The position numbers were made by a program, and so were the translations under genes. 39,137 nt of DNA from Candidatus Brocadiia bacterium. GTDB taxonomy: Bacteria > Planctomycetota > Brocadiia > SM23-32. This document shows positions 28,939 through 38,297 of this stretch, piece by piece (the stretch's first letter is position 1; every line of letters begins with the position of its first letter). The stretch is taken from contig JBKHIT010000047.1 in assembly GCA_046538485.1 (NCBI GenBank), positions 1-39,137 of the forward strand, read 5' to 3'. The notes beneath the pieces were generated by a model. The model saw only the letters and a program-made list of their open reading frames with translations. It searched no databases and was not told the DNA's origin.

Positions 28939-29545
28939 TTGACCCAGTCACCCAACATAGTTTTCATAATGACGGACGATCTGGGCCCCTGGAAAGAACG
29001 CAATATTGAAATCCCTGATCCTGAGTTTCCAAACCTTGATATCGATCGTATCGACCGCATGACGCGTGAGTATCACGCCAGCGTCCACAGTGTGGATCGG
29101 AATGTCGGACGGATTTTGACGTTTCTGGACGATACCGGCCTCGCGAAAAATACCGTTGTCATTGTCACAAGCGATCAGGGATACAATATGGGCCATAACG
29201 GCATATGGCATAAAGGCGATTGGCGAGGTCCCCAATTCGGCAGACAAATTGCCGGGGCACGATCTTTTGCCCTCCCTTCAGAAGAATCGGGCCGCGGATC
29301 AGGACAATCCTATTTTCGCCCAGCATGACAAACTGCGCTGCTGCCGGACTCCGGAGTGGAAGTTCATTCTCAATCGCCTGGCGGATCAGCCCGACGAACT
29401 GTACAATCTGCAGCGTGATCCCGCGGAGCATGATAACCTCATTCAATCGCGAGACGTGCCCGGAGTGTCCGATGTCTACCGAACACTCAAATCGGATCTG
29501 CTCGGCTGGATGAAAGAGATTGAAGATCCGTTGCTGGCCAGTTGA
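28939..29545 (+). pseudogene. Internally deleted sulfatase
   Basis: TTG start with RBS; PNIVFIMTDDLGPW fused directly to ...YHASVHSVDRNVGRIL...TSDQGYNMG...WHKG, then a frameshift to PGHDLLP...ELYNLQRDPAE; CxPxR missing. Confidence 0.85.
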
Positions 29546-29612
29546 ATGGTCGACAGCACGGAAATCGAAGATTTCCCAGAAAACCATTAATGAGCACTGG
29601 AGGAATAAGAAA

Positions 29613-30755
29613 GTGTCTGAGAACAAACAATCAAATGGTGAATCGCTTCCAGAGGTCCAATGGATCGGGGACATTGATCGTGACGACGTTGCGTCCGATC
29701 TGCCAACCCTCCAAAACGTCGAACGGACGATTGTCTACCGCGCGACGCCGGAAACCGGAAGCTACAGTCATCATGGCTACATCATTCTCCATAACAACAC
29801 GCTTTTCGCCACTTGGTCGAATCACGCGAAAGACGAGGATGCACCCGGTCAACGGGTGCTCTGGAGCCGGTCCACGGATGAGGGCAAAACGTGGGCGTCC
29901 TGGGAGGAGCTGTTCCCGCCCCGGGACGAGGTTAAATCCGGCGATGAACAGGATCACAAAAACGACCGCATACTGATTGCCAACGGATTCGGCGTGGCCG
30001 ATGGCGAGCTGTATGCTGTTGCGGAAGTTCACGTGCTGGAGAATCGCAGGGGTATCGGACGTCTTGCACGGCGGACCTCCCCCGACGGGAGTGTTGGCCC
30101 GATATTCTGGGTCCATGACGATCCTCCGGAGCCTCTCAATGACCGTCCGGCGTACCCCGATGCGACGGATCCCGAATTCACAGACAAAGCCCAAAAGGTC
30201 AGCGAATGGCTGGCTCGTCCGGAAAACTGGCCGAGCTGGGAGTTTCTCAACCATCAAAGCAGGCCAAAAGCCGCCGACGGTCACCAGATGTGTGAACCCA
30301 CTCAGGCCTGGCAGCTGGAAGACGGCACTTGCGTGCGCCTGTACAGGGATCTGGGCGATCCACGTTCGGGCATGAATTACGCTCAGTTCAGTTTCGATAA
30401 CGGATCGACCTGGACGAAACCGGTGCAGACGAATTTCCCGGATGCCTGCTCGCGTTCCGCTGCGGGACAGTTGCCCGACGGAACGGCATACGTTATCAAC
30501 AATCCCGGTCACGGACGTGACCCGCTCGTGATTTCTCTGGCTGAGGATGGCCTTACGTTCGACCAGCACGCGGTTATCGTGGCCGACGCTCCTCCCAAAC
30601 GATATGAAGGTCGCTGGAAAGGCATTGGATTTCAGTACCCACGCGCTACGGTCGCAGGTGACAATTTGTTCGTGATCTATTCGATCAATAAAGAAGACGT
30701 TGAAATCGCCAGAATTCCACTGGACGAGTTGGAAGAGCTTAGCAGTACCTCATGA
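29613..30755 (+). CDS. BNR/Asp-box repeat sialidase-like beta-propeller protein
   Basis: STDEGKTW, SFDNGSTW, CEP, GFQYP; GTG 29613 with GGAGGA RBS; no RIP motif. Confidence 0.8.
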   Translation: MSENKQSNGESLPEVQWIGDIDRDDVASDLPTLQNVERTIVYRATPETGSYSHHGYIILHNNTLFATWSNHAKDEDAPGQRVLWSRSTDEGKTWASWEELFPPRDEVKSGDEQDHKNDRILIANGFGVADGELYAVAEVHVLENRRGIGRLARRTSPDGSVGPIFWVHDDPPEPLNDRPAYPDATDPEFTDKAQKVSEWLARPENWPSWEFLNHQSRPKAADGHQMCEPTQAWQLEDGTCVRLYRDLGDPRSGMNYAQFSFDNGSTWTKPVQTNFPDACSRSAAGQLPDGTAYVINNPGHGRDPLVISLAEDGLTFDQHAVIVADAPPKRYEGRWKGIGFQYPRATVAGDNLFVIYSINKEDVEIARIPLDELEELSSTS

Positions 30756-30787
30756 CTCCGAAACGTTTTTAAACCGAACGAAACCAT

Positions 30788-32098
30788 ATGACTCCCGATA
30801 AAGAATCAGTCCCGCGCGTGGATTGGACTCGAAAAGTACCGGTCCGCTACAGGGCAGATGTTGGAGTGATCGGAGGTGGCATAGCGGGCGTCTGCGCAGC
30901 CTGTGCGGCCGCCGATGAAGGGGCATCGGTCGTGCTCGTGGAACGTTTCGCTGTCACCGGCGGAATGATGACAGTCGGAGGTGTCAATAATTTCTGCGGG
31001 GAAACGGCCGGACAGGGCGCGATCTTCGACGAAATTATTGGCGGCCTCGAAGCGTTTGATGCCATTGTGCCCTATCCCGGTCCTTACAAACATTTCGAAA
31101 TTAAACGACCCTTCGAACACGAGATCCTGATGGTCGTTCTCCAGGAAATTATTCTTAAACACGACGTCAAACTGCTGCTGCACACAAAATTTGTGGACGT
31201 CCAGATGCACAGTGACCGAATCGATGCCTGCATTCTACGTGGCCCGTCTGGTCCGGAAGCCCTTCGCGCTGCCCAGTTCATCGACTGCACCGGGGAAGCG
31301 GAAGTAGCGCACCTGGCCGGATGCGAGACTATGAAAGGACGTGCCTCGGACGGCCGACAACTGCCGATGTCCATGATGTATTTTGTGCGCGAGTTCGATG
31401 ACGCAAGGGGAAGCTGCCAGGTGCCTGAGGGATGGTTCGATACGATCAAGGGCCAGGGCGAACTCCCCATGACCAGCATCTGGCCCAACGGACCCCATAG
31501 CACAGCCATCAAAGTGAAGGTCGCCGACGGCGATTCGACCGATACCGAGAGTATGACGGAGGCCGAAATCCGGGGACGCCGGCGTATGATGGAAGTGCTT
31601 GATTTTTACCAGCGGGTCGAAAATATGCCATGGCATTTCGACCACTGTTCCCCCATCATCGGTATCCGGGAGGGCCGCCGCATCGTGGGAGATTATGTCC
31701 TGACCGAAGAAGACGTCCGGGCGGGACGACATTTTGATGATGGCGTGGCCGTCGGCCGGTTTTACATCGACGCGCACGATCCCACAACCGACAAACGCGT
31801 TGCGCAGATCGAGTCGAGAGAAGATCGCGTTGTGCCGCCCTATCATATTCCGCTACGTTCGCTCCGCGCCCGTGACAGTTCCAATTTATGGATGGCCGGG
31901 CGCTGTCTCTCCGCCGAAGAACTCGCCATGGCCTCGGCACGTGTCGCAACTTCAGGCGCCATGATGGGCCAGGCCGCCGGCGTTGCGGCCGCGCGCGCTG
32001 CAGAAAATGGCTGTTCATCGCACGATCTGGATGGGAGCGAAGTCCGCGAGCAACTCGTTGCGCACGATGCCAAACTTGATATTGCGGAAATAGAGTGA
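30788..32098 (+). CDS. FAD-dependent oxidoreductase
   Basis: VIGGGIAG, FIDCTG, GIREGRRIVG, IDAHDP, YHIPLRSL, AGRCLS, MGQAAG. Confidence 0.92.
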   Translation: MTPDKESVPRVDWTRKVPVRYRADVGVIGGGIAGVCAACAAADEGASVVLVERFAVTGGMMTVGGVNNFCGETAGQGAIFDEIIGGLEAFDAIVPYPGPYKHFEIKRPFEHEILMVVLQEIILKHDVKLLLHTKFVDVQMHSDRIDACILRGPSGPEALRAAQFIDCTGEAEVAHLAGCETMKGRASDGRQLPMSMMYFVREFDDARGSCQVPEGWFDTIKGQGELPMTSIWPNGPHSTAIKVKVADGDSTDTESMTEAEIRGRRRMMEVLDFYQRVENMPWHFDHCSPIIGIREGRRIVGDYVLTEEDVRAGRHFDDGVAVGRFYIDAHDPTTDKRVAQIESREDRVVPPYHIPLRSLRARDSSNLWMAGRCLSAEELAMASARVATSGAMMGQAAGVAAARAAENGCSSHDLDGSEVREQLVAHDAKLDIAEIE

Positions 32099-32220
32099 TC
32101 ATCGCAAGCACGTCGTTTCTCCGGCACCCCGCTCGAAATACTCTCGCGACTTTGCGGCTGCGAAAAGACGCGATAGGCTTTCCAATTTTTCTGCTAACAA
32201 AACAGTCGTTCGAAAGGCAA

Positions 32221-33258
32221 ATGATGTCAGAGATACGTTATGCCGTTGTCGGTCTGAACCACGGGCGGGGCCATGTGAAATGCGCGCTCGAATCCGATGA
32301 TATTGAACTGGTTGCCCTGTGTGATCGTGACGAAAAGGTTCTGAATAATGTCGGGGAAAAGGATTTAAAGCGTTTTACACATTATGGTGAACTCGTGACC
32401 TGGGGCGAGTTCGATGCGGTTGTTATTGCCGTTCCTCCTTCTCTCCATAAAAAGTTCAGTCTCCGGGCCCTGGACGCTGGCAAACACGTTCTCGTTGAAA
32501 AACCCCTCACCGATAATCTGGAGGACTCATACGAGCTCAAAAAGGCGGCCCACAACGCCGAAACCGTTTTTCAGGTCGGATATTGCGTTCGTTCCAGCCC
32601 GCTGATTCGGCGGCTGCGGGAGATGATCCGGTCGGACCAGCTCGGCCAAATCACGTCGGTGTGGTTCGACATGTTCTTAAAATATCCTGGAGGGAAACAG
32701 GATTGGCGACAAAGCCGGGAGACACGAGGCGGGAAATTATTCGATTGTATGCCGCACTATTTTGACGTCATGCAACTGTTGGCAGGCGCGCGATTCGAAC
32801 GCCTGAGCGCTTTCGGACATGAACCAGGCAAGACGGGTGTAAACGCCGACCGTATTCCGACCATCGCATCGGTGATGCTTGAGTATCGCAACGGAGTGAA
32901 AGGAACGCATCTTTTGAGCGGGGTAACGCCTGTGACCGGCAACAGCTCGCATTTCGGCGTCGCCGGCACGCGCGGGATTGTCTACGGTAATCCGTGGGAT
33001 CCCGACGGTGCCGGCTCGCTCGAATGCCAGCTCGAGGATGGACTCTATCAGAATACCATAAGAATCAACGGGGATATGGCCTCGCGCGGACATCTCGGCT
33101 TCCGCGAACAACACGAAGCGTTCGTGAGAATCATAAAAACCGGGGATGGTAATCCATGCACCGCCGATGAAGCGTATGAAGTTGACGTAACCATGGAAGC
33201 GATCGACCGGTCTCTGACAACCGGGAAGACGATTTCGCGGGAAGACATTCTATTATGA
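32221..33258 (+). CDS. Gfo/Idh/MocA family oxidoreductase
   Basis: YAVVGL, DAVVIAVP, GKHVLVEKP, GGKLFDCMPHYFD; likely start ATG 32221. Confidence 0.92.
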   Translation: MMSEIRYAVVGLNHGRGHVKCALESDDIELVALCDRDEKVLNNVGEKDLKRFTHYGELVTWGEFDAVVIAVPPSLHKKFSLRALDAGKHVLVEKPLTDNLEDSYELKKAAHNAETVFQVGYCVRSSPLIRRLREMIRSDQLGQITSVWFDMFLKYPGGKQDWRQSRETRGGKLFDCMPHYFDVMQLLAGARFERLSAFGHEPGKTGVNADRIPTIASVMLEYRNGVKGTHLLSGVTPVTGNSSHFGVAGTRGIVYGNPWDPDGAGSLECQLEDGLYQNTIRINGDMASRGHLGFREQHEAFVRIIKTGDGNPCTADEAYEVDVTMEAIDRSLTTGKTISREDILL

Positions 33259-33417
33259 TTGTTCAGCGGTCGAGATCCATCAGGGAAAAAGCGCGGTGGT
33301 AGATTTCAGATACCACGCTGGATTAGAATATTTTCTTCTGGGTTTCCCCCTCAGCATGGGCTCAGCAATAAGCCTTGAAAACATTTATCCAATAACACCT
33401 CCCAAGAGCAAAAAATA

Positions 33418-34717
33418 ATGAGTTCAATTGGCAAAAAACCAAATTTTGTCGTGGTTCTGGCCGACGACCTGGGCTATGGTGATCTCTCGTGTTACGGGCG
33501 AGAAGATCTGAAGACACCCAACCTGGACCAGATGGCGGCTGAAGGAATCCGTTTCACGGATTTTCACTCCAACGGAGCGGTATGTTCCCCAACGCGCGCG
33601 GCGCTGCTCACCGGTCGATATCAACAGCGCGCGGGAATTGAGGGGGGCTCTCTCCAAAGACGAACCGGGTCTACCTCGAAACTCCGTGACGCTTCCGCAA
33701 CGATTGGACGAAGCCGGTTACAGCAGCGCCCTTTTCGGAAAATGGCATCTGGGCGACCGCATCGAAAACAACCCGATTCACTACGGTTTCGATGAATTCC
33801 GCGGTCACACCTACGGAGATTCCGATTACATCTCGCACGTCGACCGCCACGGCGATCCGGACTGGTGGCATAATTTAGAACGCGAAGAAGAGGAAGGTTA
33901 CAACACGACGCTGCTCACGGATCACTCAGTCAGGTTCATCGAGGAAAATACTGATAGCCCGTTTTTCCTCTATCTGGCCCATTCGGCCATTCATTTTCCC
34001 TGGATGGTGCCCGACGACCCGCCGCACCGGCGTGTGGGGACCGACTACACGGATTGGCACCCCGATATCGACGCTGCAATTTCCAAGCTCGGTCCACATC
34101 AAAACGTAGGTCCGGTCATCCGACGGATGATAGAAGAACTGGACAGAAGCGTTGGCCGCCTGCTCGACGCACTCGAAAGCACCGGACAGGAACGCGACAC
34201 ATTCGTGCTGTTCGCATCCGACAACGGCGGCTACCGTCACTACGCCGGTTTGCATGCGGGCGATATCTCCAGCAACGGCCCCTTCAGAGGTCAAAAAACC
34301 GATATGTACGAGGGTGGCCATCGTGTGCCGGCAATTATCCGGTGGCCCGGAATGATTGAACCGGGTTCCGAAATCGATGAAACGGCCTTGACCATGGACA
34401 TCTTCCCAACGTTCCTCGATATGATTGATCTGGAGGAGAATACGGGAAATCCCGCGCTCGACGGCGTCAGCATATTGCCCCTTTTACTGGAAGGCAAAGC
34501 GCTTCCCCGACGGCCACTCTTCTGGAAAATGCGCGAAAGGCGGGCGGTTCGAGATGGAGTCTGGAAACTCGTGCAAAACGGAGACGGCGCGCCCGAACTC
34601 TACAATCTCGAAGAAGATATTGGGGAAACCCAAGATCTGGCACCGCAGAACCCGGCACGTGTTGAAAAGCTTGTGGGCCAACTCGAAGAATGGGAAACCG
34701 AGGTCGGCCCACGCTGA
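33418..34717 (+). pseudogene. Cys-type sulfatase with a single +1 frameshift in a G6 tract
   Basis: [23 protein letters not shown] in one frame; GKWHLG, SDNGG, YEGG, ELYNL in the next; junction GAGGGGGGCT at 33640-33649. Confidence 0.85.
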
Positions 34718-34999
34718 GAGCGCCTTAGTGTGCGAGCTTACCCGAGCCATTTGCGTCGATTGTAACGATTAGCTGTGCAGCAGTTTGCGAATAGGGCAAA
34801 AAAATTACCCAAAGAACGTGCTCTCAGCGGCGCTGAGGACTGTATGAGACCGCAGCACGCCGATTTTCATCCCGGAACCGCCAAAATGAAGATGTGCGGT
34901 GCGTATTCGGTGAAGCACGTTTCCCGGGAACGCAAACGTCTCGTCCGCGTCGACGGCGTGTGGGATTGCTGTTTGCCGGGAGATCTGCCGGCTGATGAG

Positions 35000-35018
35000 C
35001 CGCGTTCTGAACTCCAGC
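35000..35018 (-). repeat. Repeat module R1 half copy (D)
   Basis: ccgcgttctgaactccagc is the exact reverse complement of 6043-6061. Confidence 0.7.
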
Positions 35019-35026
35019 TGTCGGTA

Positions 35027-35278
35027 AGCCCCCGGAGCGGGCGTGGCAGAGGTAGCCCGGGGCGAAATGATGCCGCTGTTGGGCCGAACGAGCCCCGGGT
35101 TGCCATTGGGAAGCAGCCCAAAGAGGCGGATCGCCTCGCCGGAGGCGAGCGCGGCAAACTTGCCGCGTCGAACATAGTTCGCGCGCTCCGCCGCCACGTC
35201 CCCCGAATTCCTAACCCCGGGCTCTCCCCAACGACCCGGGATCGCCCGGGGGTACGTCTGATTCGGCCCTACGGGCCT
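35027..35278. repeat. REPIN-like inverted pair of GTAGCCCGGGGC...GCCCCGGG REP units
   Basis: cagaggtagcccggggcga...gagccccgggtt mirrored by aaccccgggctc...tcgcccgggggtacgtctg, with central hairpins (ctcgccggaggcgag, cgcggcaaacttgccgcg). Confidence 0.7.
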
Positions 35279-35519
35279 CTTTTGGAACAACAGTCGGCAG
35301 GCTAAAGGAAAATGAAGGAATTTGCGCCCCGTCCGAGGGCTGAGTCAGCCGGGATTTTTGGGGAATGTTCGGCTGTCGGGCAGCGAAAAGACCTACAGCG
35401 CAAATTCCTTCTTACCCGAAACCCACTTGCACTTCCGCGGCGCAGTTTGCACACTGTAACGAAGTTGGAACAGTCTCCTCGTTTTTTGAACCCAACATTT
35501 TTTGCGGGTGTCAGAGAAA

Positions 35520-36812
35520 ATGACTGCAGATAGCAATAAACCTAATATCCTTTTCATATTGTCCGATGATCATGGCAACGGCGATGTTTCTTTTCGGGAC
35601 GGGCCTAACATCCAAACGCCCAACATCGACAGCATTGCCGAACGCGGCATGCAGTTCTCTCATTTCTATGCCAATTGTTCGGTCTGTGCGCCGAGCCGAG
35701 CGTCATTGCTGACGGGTCGGTTCCCCGATCTCGTGGGCGTGCCCGGCGTCATCCGAACCCATGCCACCGACAGCTGGGGCTATTTTGATCCGAACGCTAC
35801 CACCCTGCCGGAAATGCTGAATCGAGCCGGCTATCACAGTTCCATCATCGGTAAATGGCACCTCGGTCTGGAACCCGAGAATAATCCGTGCCGGCGCGGA
35901 TTCGATTTTTTCCGAGGGTTTCTGGGGGACATGATGGATGACTACTACACGCACCGCCGATTCGGCAACAACTACATGCGGGAGAACGAGAAAGAAATAG
36001 ATCCCGAAGGTCACGCCACGGATTTGTTTACCGAATGGGCAATCGAAGTGCTTGAGAAAGAAGCCGAAACCGATGATCCTTTCTTCCTCTACCTTGCATA
36101 CAATGCCCCCCATACGCCGATTCAGCCGCCCGACGATTGGATCGAGCGCATCCGGGAACGCGAGCCGGATATCTCCGAGCAGCGCGTGCATTATTTGGCC
36201 CTGGTCGAACATATGGATCACGGCATCGGACGCGTCCTGAAAGCCCTGGAAGAAACCGGTCAGATGGGTGATACGTTAGTCTTCTACAGTTCGGATAATG
36301 GCGGCAAAGAAAGTGTTGGAGCCTGCTGCGGAAATCTGCATGGGAATAAAGGCGACGTTTATGAAGGCGGAATCCGCGTCCCGACCTGCGCGATGTGGCA
36401 GGATCACATCGAACCCGGTTCGAAAAGCACCGCGACGGCTATGCTCATGGACATTCTGCCGACGCTCTGCGACTTAGTCGAGGTGGAGGTCGACCATGAG
36501 ATCGATGGCCAGTCCATACTCCTCACCCTTCTTGGCCAGGATCAGAACCTGTCTGAACGATTGATGTACTGGGTCCGACGGGAAGGCGGTCAGGATTTTG
36601 CCGGTCTGGCGCAACATGCAATCCGGAAAGGCAATCTGAAATTGTTGCACAATCGACCGTTCCAGCCACTGGAACTCTATGATCTGGACGGTGATCCTCT
36701 CGAAGAAAACGACCTATCCGATGAGAGCCCGGATGTTTACAACGAGCTTCTGTCAACTCTCAGAGAACAAATCCGCAGAGCCGGGCACGTGCCGTGGCGG
36801 AAAAGCATTTGA
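35520..36812 (+). CDS. Sulfatase (Cys-type, S1 family)
   Basis: PNILFILSDDHG, CAPSRASLLTG, GKWHLG, YNAPHTP, SDNGG, YEGG; start ATG 35520; no signal peptide. Confidence 0.95.
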   Translation: MTADSNKPNILFILSDDHGNGDVSFRDGPNIQTPNIDSIAERGMQFSHFYANCSVCAPSRASLLTGRFPDLVGVPGVIRTHATDSWGYFDPNATTLPEMLNRAGYHSSIIGKWHLGLEPENNPCRRGFDFFRGFLGDMMDDYYTHRRFGNNYMRENEKEIDPEGHATDLFTEWAIEVLEKEAETDDPFFLYLAYNAPHTPIQPPDDWIERIREREPDISEQRVHYLALVEHMDHGIGRVLKALEETGQMGDTLVFYSSDNGGKESVGACCGNLHGNKGDVYEGGIRVPTCAMWQDHIEPGSKSTATAMLMDILPTLCDLVEVEVDHEIDGQSILLTLLGQDQNLSERLMYWVRREGGQDFAGLAQHAIRKGNLKLLHNRPFQPLELYDLDGDPLEENDLSDESPDVYNELLSTLREQIRRAGHVPWRKSI

Positions 36813-36926
36813 GCCTGACGAACTCGCTGTAAGACCGAACCGCTGACTCTGGTATGTCTGATAATACAACCCATTTCGCACTTGCAGTTTTTCGTGTTCT
36901 TCTGACAGAACAAGGAGATCAAAACT

Positions 36927-38213
36927 ATGCATAGCGTCTTCCCGACAGGAGTCACAATTTTTAATCCCGATGAATGCTGGAACGGATATACCGTTCTGGC
37001 CGGCGGCACGCTTGTCGACATGAATGGCCAGATTGTCAACAAATGGCCGACTCTGGGACATACGAAAATTCTCCCGGGCGGACACGCCCTCGGGGAAGAA
37101 CACGGCGAACATCGCCTTGTCGAGCGAGATTTCGACGGCGAGGAGGTGTGGGTTTTCGAAGGAAATGCACACTGCGACCTTGAACCGCATCATGATTTTC
37201 AACGGCAAGGGAGTCCTGTCGGTTACTATGCACCGCACCAAAAAGCACAGAGCCCCGGGAAAACCCTCATGCTGGTGCGCACCGGAAAAGAATATCCCGA
37301 TATCGCTCCGGGCAGCATCCTCGATGACAGGATTATCGAAGTCGATGAAAACTGCGAGTTTACGTGGGAATGGCGCAGCGGTGAACATTTCCATAATTTA
37401 GGGCTCGATGAAGCGGGCCGGAACATTATATTCCGTGGTTCATCGATCGAGCGGGATTACGACGGGCTGCACAGTCCGATGCACCGAAAAGATCCCTACG
37501 ATTGGCTTCACAGCAACAGCGCCTCCTATGTGGGAGCCAATAAATGGTATGATGAAGGTGACGAGCGATTCCACCCGGACAACATTATCTGGGATAGTCG
37601 TGATACGAATACTATCGGCATCATCAGCCGGGAGACCGGCGAGTTCACGTGGAAGATAGGCCCGGACTACACCCGGCCGGAATTGAGTGATCTGGGACAG
37701 ATAATCGGACAGCATCACGCTCATGTCATTCCGCGGGGATTGCCGGGCGAGGGCAACGTGCTTGTGTTCGACAATGGTGGGTTCGCCGGTTACGGTCCGC
37801 CCAACCCCGGCGCACCGACCGGTGAATACAACGCCGTCCGCCCGTATTCCCGCGTGCTGGAATTCAACCCCATCACGCTTGAGCTTGTCTGGGAATATTC
37901 GGCCCGCACGGCCGGCTACGGCTATCATCACCACGACGTTTTCTATAGCCCATTCATCAGCTCAGCGCAACGCCTGCCGAACGGGAACACATTAATCTGC
38001 GAAGGCGACCGTGCTCGGATTTTCGAGACAAATACCGATCACGAAATAATCTGGGAATATATCGTTCCCCCCGAACCTGGCAGCAACGGTCCGGTCACCT
38101 GCTATCGGGCATATCGGCTGCCGTACGACTGGGTTCCCCAGGCCGAGGCTCCGGACGAAAAGCCCGTGGTGCCCCCGGATCGATCTGAGTTTCATATCGA
38201 GCCTTCCGGATAA
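36927..38213 (+). CDS. Aryl-sulfate sulfotransferase (ASST family)
   Basis: PTGVTIFNP..WNGYT, HHDF, DWLHSNS, GQHHAH, FDNGG, FISSAQRLPNGNTLICEG, YRAYR; AAGGAG RBS. Confidence 0.88.
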   Translation: MHSVFPTGVTIFNPDECWNGYTVLAGGTLVDMNGQIVNKWPTLGHTKILPGGHALGEEHGEHRLVERDFDGEEVWVFEGNAHCDLEPHHDFQRQGSPVGYYAPHQKAQSPGKTLMLVRTGKEYPDIAPGSILDDRIIEVDENCEFTWEWRSGEHFHNLGLDEAGRNIIFRGSSIERDYDGLHSPMHRKDPYDWLHSNSASYVGANKWYDEGDERFHPDNIIWDSRDTNTIGIISRETGEFTWKIGPDYTRPELSDLGQIIGQHHAHVIPRGLPGEGNVLVFDNGGFAGYGPPNPGAPTGEYNAVRPYSRVLEFNPITLELVWEYSARTAGYGYHHHDVFYSPFISSAQRLPNGNTLICEGDRARIFETNTDHEIIWEYIVPPEPGSNGPVTCYRAYRLPYDWVPQAEAPDEKPVVPPDRSEFHIEPSG

Positions 38214-38297
38214 TTGAAATTTCTCAAATGGCCCGACGTTGACCAATATTGTTAATGTATTCGATCGCGGTAGCCGCCCCCCTGTGTAAACTCTGCC

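Noticed and set aside
33291..33318. Hairpin gtggta-gatttcaga-taccac as another R1 copy
   Set aside because: Loop resembles the R1 core but the stem is unrelated; too weak to count
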